IMG/VR virus record: IMGVR_UViG_2778261058_000013
Length of the DNA: 5,473 nucleotides
Source of the DNA: a virus
Lineage: Duplodnaviria > Heunggongvirae > Uroviricota > Caudoviricetes
Reading direction: 5' to 3' (one strand)
The notes beneath the pieces are model-generated. The model was given only the letters and a program-made list of their open reading frames with translations, made no database searches and was not told the DNA's origin. The position numbers and the translations under genes were made by a program. Position 1 is the stretch's first letter; the number at the start of each line of letters is the position of its first letter. Shown here piece after piece: positions 1-4,231 of this stretch.

Positions 1-1401
1 CAGGCGGACAAGCTGCCCCGCCTTGACTTTTATCCCCTCCGTTTTGAGGAATGTCTCAACGTCCATTTCTCCGGTGCTGATTGCCACCGTGCGCCAGTGT
101 TTGATCTCCCTGTTGCCGCCGTCCTTTGCCCCCTGTAATTTCCCGGAACCGTTAAACAGCGTATAGGCTGACGTGGACACCTCCCGCGCGTTTCCGGCCT
201 GGCCTATTTCATCCAGGGGTAAAAGCCCGTCATTGTGTGCCTCTGCTTCGTTGGCGATACCTAACGCTGTGCCGTACCAGGTCAGCCGCTGCGCGTCCGG
301 CTCTCCCCATAAACTTGATGCGATGTTCTGCGTTGTGGTCTTACCTGCCGATGACTGTTCGAAAAGATGTACCCCGAAGCCGTCAGCGCCCACCAGCCCG
401 ATTAATGGTGCAGATAACGATACCGCCACACCCAGCATCATGGACGGATTACCACCAGCCAGCCGCGCAACGGTATCGCGCCAGCCCTCCGCCGTTCCTG
501 CCACGGAATAACCATTAACAGCAGCCGTTTTTCCGGTAAACAGGACTGGCTTTTCGCAATCACCAATGACCGAACCGTCCGGCATGATGTACGCGCCAAA
601 ATGCCAGCCCGTTGTTGTGCTTAACTGCCATTCCTCATGGTTTCCGCTTAACTGCATCCAGTCAGCCAGGATAGCCCTGTATTTGCCGTTGGTTGTCACG
701 TTCAGGCCGTGGTCTTTCAGCAACCGCCAGCCGTCACGGTCGCCAATGCCCCCGCACGGAACCGCCATTGTGATGACTTCATGGTTTGCGGGTTTCTTCC
801 AGCGCATCACGCGGTAATGCTCTTTGCCGATTGTCCCCGTTCCCAGTAGTTCAAGCGGGGAACATAACCACGTCTCAGGCCGGATAATTTCGCCTGACTG
901 CTTGTCAACTTTTGGCGTTACCCAGAAAACACCATCGGCGCGGCTTTCAACGCGGGGCTTTAATTCATCATCGCTATAGCTTCCTGTGGCTTTTTTCTTT
1001 AAGGGCAACACCAGACTTTCCCCGCGCTCGTATTCGTCTTTCAGTCGGGCAAGCTGTGGTGTCCAGTCCTCCAGTAAATCGCCGTTCTCGTCACAAAAAC
1101 AGGCTTCCTTAACACCAGCCACTGCCAGCAGGGTTTCAATCTGTAGCGCCAGTTTGTCATCCAGTTTTCCGGCACGTCTGACGATGGCGCGTGACCGACC
1201 CTCATCCACAATACGCAGGTTTTCCAGATTACCCAGGTCACGCCGTCCGAGATAAACAGGTGGTATTTTGTCGCCGCGCTTTCTGGCTTCTCCGCCCTGC
1301 ATGTAATGCTCTGCGTGGCTGTATGCGTCATCCCCCGCAAAAATCACTGCATCCTCGCCTTTATCTTTCGGTAACAGTTTTACGTTCGGCGCCAGTTTCA
1401 T
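1..1401 (-). CDS. Replication protein, primase/helicase-like with a P-loop NTPase domain (possibly DUF927/toprim-type); 3'-partial, continues beyond position 1
   Basis: The minus strand frame from 1401 to 1 has no stop codon (467 codons, checked by hand); it is absent from the ORF track because no stop falls in the window. ATG 1401..1399 overlaps the stop of the upstream gene (ATGA), with GGGGAAAGG just upstream. Translation begins MKLAPNVKLLPKDKGEDAVIFAGDDAYSHAEHYMQGGEARKRGDK and contains a Walker A-like SSAGKTT (about 334..354) and Walker B-like LLPLDEIG (about 202..225). The plus-strand ORFs across this span are antisense shadows. Confidence 0.8.
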   Translation of the reverse strand, partial: MKLAPNVKLLPKDKGEDAVIFAGDDAYSHAEHYMQGGEARKRGDKIPPVYLGRRDLGNLENLRIVDEGRSRAIVRRAGKLDDKLALQIETLLAVAGVKEACFCDENGDLLEDWTPQLARLKDEYERGESLVLPLKKKATGSYSDDELKPRVESRADGVFWVTPKVDKQSGEIIRPETWLCSPLELLGTGTIGKEHYRVMRWKKPANHEVITMAVPCGGIGDRDGWRLLKDHGLNVTTNGKYRAILADWMQLSGNHEEWQLSTTTGWHFGAYIMPDGSVIGDCEKPVLFTGKTAAVNGYSVAGTAEGWRDTVARLAGGNPSMMLGVAVSLSAPLIGLVGADGFGVHLFEQSSAGKTTTQNIASSLWGEPDAQRLTWYGTALGIANEAEAHNDGLLPLDEIGQAGNAREVSTSAYTLFNGSGKLQGAKDGGNREIKHWRTVAISTGEMDVETFLKTEGIKVKAGQLVRL

Positions 1402-1712
1402 TTTGCCTTTCCCCGTTCACGAATAATTTCACGTACTGCCTTAATGCGTTCCATACCTGTAACGCGCATGATTCTGTCGATGTCGCTTAAGTTCGCTGGT
1501 GGTGCTTTGCTTACCAGGGTGAATTCACTCTCAAAACGCATATGAGACGACACGCAGGGATGCGCATAACCTTCGCGGATATAAGTCACGCGAAAATCGT
1601 CAACGGTTTTTATCGTTATTCGTCCGCCGTATTTATCTTTGAAAATATCGTCGGGGCGGATTTCAGGCCGAGGGAGGCCGCTGGCAGTAAAGCCAGAATT
1701 TTTCTTTTTCAT
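1398..1712 (-). CDS. Hypothetical protein (104 aa), translationally coupled to the downstream primase-like gene
   Basis: ORF-track ORF with ATG at 1712..1710 preceded by GAGGAA and an 8-nt spacer; starts MKKK; its TGA stop overlaps the primase ATG (ATGA at 1398..1401). No family recognised. Confidence 0.6.
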   Translation of the reverse strand: MKKKNSGFTASGLPRPEIRPDDIFKDKYGGRITIKTVDDFRVTYIREGYAHPCVSSHMRFESEFTLVSKAPPANLSDIDRIMRVTGMERIKAVREIIRERGKAK

Positions 1713-1782
1713 GGTTTTTATTCCTCTGCGCGGGTCTTGTCGTGCATTTCCATAACCGCGTTTAATTCATCAATAACCGGGG

Positions 1783-1926
1783 TTAACAGAGTGCTGAAAG
1801 CAGAAAGTAAATACCCCCCCGCTCGGTGTTATTTTCGGTTAATTCATCCAGTACCGTTTTTAATTCAAGCGCCCTGATTAATGCATTCTCAGAATGAATA
1901 AGAACATCGAAAGGGATTTTATCCAT
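1783..1926 (-). CDS. Hypothetical small protein (47 aa as written), possibly frameshift-truncated at a G7 tract; one extra G would give 79 aa ending at 1718
   Basis: ATG 1926..1924 preceded by GGAGGA with an 8-nt spacer; translation MDKIPFDVLIHSENALIRALELKTVLDELTENNTERGGIYFLLSALC. A C7 run at 1814..1820 (G7 on the coding strand) lies inside the ORF. Below the ORF-track length cut-off. Confidence 0.35.
   Translation of the reverse strand: MDKIPFDVLIHSENALIRALELKTVLDELTENNTERGGIYFLLSALC
1814..1820 (-). repeat. Homopolymeric G7 tract (C7 on plus strand) inside a small ORF
   Basis: Read directly: ataCCCCCCCgctcgg on the plus strand. Confidence 0.95.
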
Positions 1927-2152
1927 GGCTTACATCCTCCGGGAATTTTCTTCTGTAACGCGCCTCTGCAACATATTCCGCATAGTCCGACGCAATATTG
2001 AGAATCTCCACACCCTCTGACCTGTAGCCACTGGTACTGATAAGAAAAAATGCGGCTTTCATCATGTCGGCAACGCATAACAACGCATCGCCTGTATGTT
2101 CCGGTGCGCCATCAAATTCCTGTTTCAGGGCATTAAAACGATCATCACGCAT
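1919..2152 (-). CDS. Hypothetical protein (77 aa from ATG 2152; the ORF-track frame extends to 2179); may be the C-terminal part of a fused roughly 155-aa protein
   Basis: Frame open 2179..1919. ATG at 2152..2150 sits 2 nt downstream of the G8 tract, which could act as a G-rich ribosome-binding site, and overlaps the TGA of the upstream ORF. Translation MRDDRFNALKQEFDGAPEHTGDALL...EDVSHG. Start choice is uncertain. Confidence 0.4.
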   Translation of the reverse strand: MRDDRFNALKQEFDGAPEHTGDALLCVADMMKAAFFLISTSGYRSEGVEILNIASDYAEYVAEARYRRKFPEDVSHG

Positions 2153-2384
2153 AACCCCCCCCATTTTCACAATCAGCAATCAGGATGGCTTTAGCCTCAT
2201 TCAGTGCCATATCAGCACTAAATTGCATAACAGCCAGTGAGTGAGGAACGAAAGCCCCGGCATATTCTGTTTCGCTGGTGGCGTGCTTATGTGCCCTGTC
2301 CGCGATAACAGAAATATCAATCAGCGCGTGCATTAGCGTTTTGATGGCTTCGGCGGCTGCGTCCGGCGTGTTTTTATTGCACAT
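2145..2384 (-). CDS. Hypothetical protein (79 aa)
   Basis: ORF-track ORF; ATG 2384..2382 preceded by AGGGGG with a 6-nt spacer and overlapping the 3' end of the upstream 68-aa ORF; translation MCNKNTPDAAAEAIKTLMHALIDISVIADRAHKH...CENGGGYA, ending just after the G8 tract. Confidence 0.5.
   Translation of the reverse strand: MCNKNTPDAAAEAIKTLMHALIDISVIADRAHKHATSETEYAGAFVPHSLAVMQFSADMALNEAKAILIADCENGGGYA
2155..2162 (-). repeat. Homopolymeric G8 tract (C8 on plus strand) at the junction of two small ORFs
   Basis: Read directly: ataaCCCCCCCCatttt on the plus strand; on the coding strand it encodes the GGG near the C-terminus of the 79-aa ORF. Confidence 0.95.
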
Positions 2385-2580
2385 GGTGCACCCCCTGGCG
2401 AATACGGGCGGCGAATACCATCACGCAGCCAGCCGGTGATTGCTGACGGGCTTCCTGTTCGCTGGTGGCCTCAATGGTAATCATGCGCGGTTGTGCCGTG
2501 CTCAGAGCGATAAAACGCCAGATATATTTATTCAGGTTGTGCGAGTCCCGCCCTTGCGGGTGTGTGGTATGATTTAACAT
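2374..2580 (-). CDS. Hypothetical protein (68 aa), first gene of the minus-strand small-ORF operon
   Basis: Internal ATG at 2580..2578 of the long ORF-track frame 2374..3492, preceded by GAGGT with a 5-nt spacer; translation MLNHTTHPQGRDSHNLNKYIWRFIALSTAQPRMITIEATSEQEARQQSPAGCVMVFAARIRQGVHHVQ. The longer upstream extension is rejected. Confidence 0.45.
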   Translation of the reverse strand: MLNHTTHPQGRDSHNLNKYIWRFIALSTAQPRMITIEATSEQEARQQSPAGCVMVFAARIRQGVHHVQ

Positions 2581-2676
2581 AGCTACCTCGATACTGTTGC
2601 TATCGTTGGTGGTTAGAAGCCCCGTTACTGCTCCTACAGTGCGGGGTTTCGTCGTTTCTGTGCCTTGCATTAACAA

Positions 2677-2759
2677 GGTGTAAGACACAATGTAAAATAC
2701 AAGTGTCTTACACGTCAAGCCTTCAAAATAATTTTTTTTCGTGTATATTGTCTTACACC
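2677..2759. promoter_or_regulatory. Divergent promoter region with three copies of a 12-bp operator-like motif (core TGTCTTACAC)
   Basis: GGTGTAAGACAC at 2677..2688 (inverted) and GTGTCTTACACG at 2703..2714 form a palindrome with a 14-bp spacer; a third copy TTGTCTTACACC lies at 2748..2759. On the plus strand a putative -35 TTCAAA (2722..2727) and -10 TATATT (2744..2749) are 16 bp apart; on the minus strand a putative -35 TTGACG (2718..2713) is followed by TACATT. A T8 run sits at 2732..2739. Confidence 0.5.
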
Positions 2760-2779
2760 AACAACATAAGGAGTTAGAC

Positions 2780-2959
2780 ATGGCAACAGGTCCAAAGAAT
2801 GCAAAATCACAATCTGTAACTGCACGTATTGCCCATGAAATTATTGAAGGCATGGAAAACGTGAAAGAAGAAGGCGAAAGTACAGGGCAGTTTATAAGTG
2901 CAGCCATGCGCGGCGAGATCAAACGCCGCCAGCGTCGCAAGGCCAAAGAGCAGGAGTAA
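2780..2959 (+). CDS. Small basic protein (59 aa), possible ribbon-helix-helix-type DNA-binding regulator
   Basis: ATG at 2780 preceded by a consensus AAGGAG (2768..2773) with a 6-nt spacer; translation MATGPKNAKSQSVTARIAHEIIEGMENVKEEGESTGQFISAAMRGEIKRRQRRKAKEQE. The ORF-track start at GTG 2741 lies inside the promoter and is less likely. The RHH assignment is a guess from the N-terminal pattern. Confidence 0.6.
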   Translation: MATGPKNAKSQSVTARIAHEIIEGMENVKEEGESTGQFISAAMRGEIKRRQRRKAKEQE

Positions 2960-3016
2960 CCATCACTAGCGCCGTGGAGTGATGAACTGTGGCGCACAGG
3001 GTTACAGGTATATACG

Positions 3017-3214
3017 ATGACTGACAAATCATTAAAGAAATTATCCTCATCCAGGAAAAAACAACGCAAAAATGCGGTAAGCGAACAAGAACAGGAAAGA
3101 TTCGCACCTTGTTCGTTTGCTCTTGAGAAATTCCTTAAAGAGTACAGGCGCACAAAAATGGGATCGCATGCCTGGAAAACATCGCAGCATGGCGATACTA
3201 AAGAGCAGGAATAG
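3017..3214 (+). CDS. Hypothetical small basic protein (65 aa)
   Basis: ORF-track ORF; ATG 3017 with a weak AGGT 7 nt upstream; lysine/arginine-rich N-terminus; same strand as and immediately downstream of the 2780..2959 gene. Confidence 0.4.
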   Translation: MTDKSLKKLSSSRKKQRKNAVSEQEQERFAPCSFALEKFLKEYRRTKMGSHAWKTSQHGDTKEQE

Positions 3215-3317
3215 CCCACCAGCAAGCCAGCACACTGATCACATTGCCCACCAGCCGCAAATGTGGCATTGTTGGCTATGCTCATGCGTTGGGGATAACG
3301 TGTAGCTTGTGTCGAGG

Positions 3318-3346
3318 GGCCACCGTAGCGGGTGGCCTTTGTTTTG
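3318..3346 (+). terminator. Rho-independent terminator for the plus-strand small-gene pair
   Basis: Perfect 7-bp stem GGCCACC (3318..3324) / GGTGGCC (3331..3337) with 6-nt loop GTAGCG, followed by TTTGTTTTG. Confidence 0.5.
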
Positions 3347-3362
3347 CCTGTTATCCGGCAAT

Positions 3363-3392
3363 TGTGGCGCTTCGCCACACGGTTGATATAAT
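3363..3392 (+). promoter_or_regulatory. Candidate promoter: perfect palindrome next to a consensus -10 hexamer
   Basis: 7-bp inverted repeat TGTGGCG (3363..3369) / CGCCACA (3373..3379) with loop CTT, followed by consensus TATAAT at 3387..3392; weak -35 TTGTGG at 3362..3367 with a 19-bp spacer. Confidence 0.3.
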
Positions 3393-3441
3393 TCCCCTGC
3401 ACTGATCCATTTTTTTCGCAGCAGGTTAATTGTTCGCAAGG

Positions 3442-3466
3442 GCGCTCCGGCAACGGGGCGCTTTTT
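3442..3466 (+). terminator. Rho-independent terminator-like hairpin on the plus strand
   Basis: Stem GCGCTCC (3442..3448) / GGGGCGC (3455..3461), seven pairs including one G-U wobble in RNA, loop GGCAAC, followed by TTTTTGTT. The minus strand has no U-tract after the stem. Confidence 0.45.
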
Positions 3467-3496
3467 GTTATGTTCATCGCGTTACGCCTCACACCA

Positions 3497-3703
3497 TTAC
3501 GCAGCCGTTCCGCGCGCTTCTTCCTCGCGCTCTTTCAGCCAGGCCAGCACTTCATCTTCATACCAGCCAACACGGCGCAGACCGATTTTGAAGCCTTTCG
3601 GGAATTTTCCGGCGTTGATCATGTCCTGTAGCGAACTGTCTGCCTTGATGCGCAGAATATTTTTTACTTCCTGACGGGTAAGAATTTTTCTGATTACTTC
3701 CAT
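3497..3703 (-). CDS. alpA: AlpA/Vis-family phage transcriptional regulator (excisionase-like helix-turn-helix protein)
   Basis: ORF-track ORF; ATG 3703..3701 preceded by GAGGT with an 8-nt spacer; translation MEVIRKILTRQEVKNILRIKADSSLQDMINAGKFPKGFKIGLRRVGWYEDEVLAWLKEREEEARGTAA has the size (68 aa) and pattern of the AlpA family, and the gene sits in the expected position beside the integrase. Confidence 0.85.
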   Translation of the reverse strand: MEVIRKILTRQEVKNILRIKADSSLQDMINAGKFPKGFKIGLRRVGWYEDEVLAWLKEREEEARGTAA

Positions 3704-3767
3704 CGTGTTTTACCTCGTTAATACGGCGTATTCCGGTGATAAATACGGTAAAACAGGGCAGGGCGGG

Positions 3768-3810
3768 AAAAACAGTACTCACCGTTTTAAAACGGTACTC
3801 ACTGTTTTTT
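3768..3810. promoter_or_regulatory. Two tandem 20-bp near-palindromic repeats upstream of alpA (candidate regulator-binding sites)
   Basis: AAAACAGTACTCACCGTTTT (3769..3788) and AAAACGGTACTCACTGTTTT (3789..3808), 18/20 identical; each unit has partial dyad symmetry (AAAACNGT...ACNGTTTT). A possible degenerate third copy lies near 3741..3760. Confidence 0.4.
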
Positions 3811-3835
3811 ATCTCATTGATTACGCTTTCTTTTT

Positions 3836-3868
3836 GCAAAAAAATAGCGACCGCAAGGGGCCGCTATT
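3836..3868 (-). terminator. Rho-independent terminator after the 80-aa ORF and integrase transcription unit
   Basis: Stem AATAGCG (3843..3849) / CGCTATT (3862..3868) with a GC-rich interior; on the minus strand the stem is followed by a U7 tract (A-run 3838..3844 on plus); begins 5 nt past the stop at 3873. Confidence 0.55.
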
Positions 3869-3872
3869 GTGA

Positions 3873-4115
3873 TTACCGTTTCCACTTCTTAGGTCGCCCA
3901 CCACATTTAAGGCTGGTGGGCCTCAGCACCTTGTCGATGCTTTCAGCCAGATTTTTCGATGCGCCACGCGAGCGTAAAAAACTGACTACCTCGTGTTTTG
4001 TGGGGGCTGTTGATTTGTCTTCCGGATCGTATGTTGACCAGAATTCACGATTTGCCATTAACGCCAGTTGCAGCCCTTCGCCGCAAGCAGGGGATACCTT
4101 TTCATTGAAAAACAC
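3873..4115 (-). CDS. Hypothetical small protein (80 aa) with a basic GRPKKWKR C-terminus, between the integrase and alpA
   Basis: ORF-track ORF with a GTG start at 4115..4113 preceded by a consensus AAGGAG (4129..4124) and an 8-nt spacer; an alternative internal ATG gives MANREFWSTYDPEDK. Translation ends ...LKCGGRPKKWKR. Confidence 0.5.
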   Translation of the reverse strand: MFFNEKVSPACGEGLQLALMANREFWSTYDPEDKSTAPTKHEVVSFLRSRGASKNLAESIDKVLRPTSLKCGGRPKKWKR

Positions 4116-4171
4116 CTGGATAGCTCCTTGAATTTCATGATTTGGGTGACTCCTCTCTGTATTGGGTGGGT

Positions 4172-4210
4172 TGTGGCGATTATACGATGGTTTAGCATGG
4201 TTTGCATCGC
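4172..4210 (-). promoter_or_regulatory. Candidate sigma70 promoter for the 80-aa ORF
   Basis: Consensus TATAAT on the minus strand (plus 4184..4179) with a weak -35 ATGCAA 17 bp upstream; lies in the 116-bp gap between the integrase stop and the ORF's ribosome-binding site. Confidence 0.3.
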
Positions 4211-4231
4211 TTTTACTGGTTTTTTGTACAG

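Noticed and set aside
1041-1340. Minus-strand 99-aa ORF
   Set aside because: Out of frame but wholly inside the primase-like gene, which has the coupled start and recognisable ATPase motifs; Trp/Cys-rich translation.
173-1490. Plus-strand ORFs 173..511, 237..518, 566..817, 912..1112, 986..1255 and 1191..1490
   Set aside because: All are antisense to the continuous 467-codon minus-strand primase-like frame, have odd composition (Pro/Ser/Arg/Cys-rich), and lack convincing ribosome-binding sites; treated as shadow ORFs.
1542-1877. Plus-strand 111-aa ORF
   Set aside because: Antisense to the 104-aa gene and the truncated small ORF; no ribosome-binding site; low-complexity translation.
1878-2078. 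Minus-strand 66-aa Cys-rich ORF
   Set aside because: Overlaps the better-supported 77-aa frame out of frame; Cys-rich, non-protein-like translation.
2919-3305. ORFs 2919..3107 (minus), 3047..3235 (minus) and 3117..3305 (plus)
   Set aside because: They overlap the supported plus-strand 65-aa gene or its 3' region, with no ribosome-binding sites and odd composition.
3239-3439. Minus-strand 66-aa ORF with a TTG start downstream of alpA
   Set aside because: Its start lies inside the 3442..3466 hairpin and it spans both plus-strand terminators and the palindrome/TATAAT promoter; Trp/Cys/His-rich translation. Cannot be fully excluded without comparative data.
2374-3492. Minus-strand 372-aa ORF
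   Set aside because: It runs through two terminator hairpins, a promoter and the antisense of both plus-strand genes, with Cys/Ser-rich low-complexity translation. Only its last 68 codons (from ATG 2580, with a ribosome-binding site) are kept as a gene.
3465-3674. Plus-strand 69-aa ORF
   Set aside because: Antisense to the well-supported alpA gene; no ribosome-binding site.
3768-3810. P2 Ogr / P4 Delta-type late-promoter box (TGT-N12-ACA)
   Set aside because: The ACA and TGT triplets in the tandem repeats are 28 nt apart, not 12, so the known activator-box spacing is not met; kept only as generic repeats.
3558-4131. ORFs 3558..3839 (minus) and 3736..4131 (plus)
   Set aside because: The first overlaps alpA out of frame and runs through the tandem repeats; the second is antisense to the 80-aa ORF and spans the terminator. 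Both lack ribosome-binding sites.
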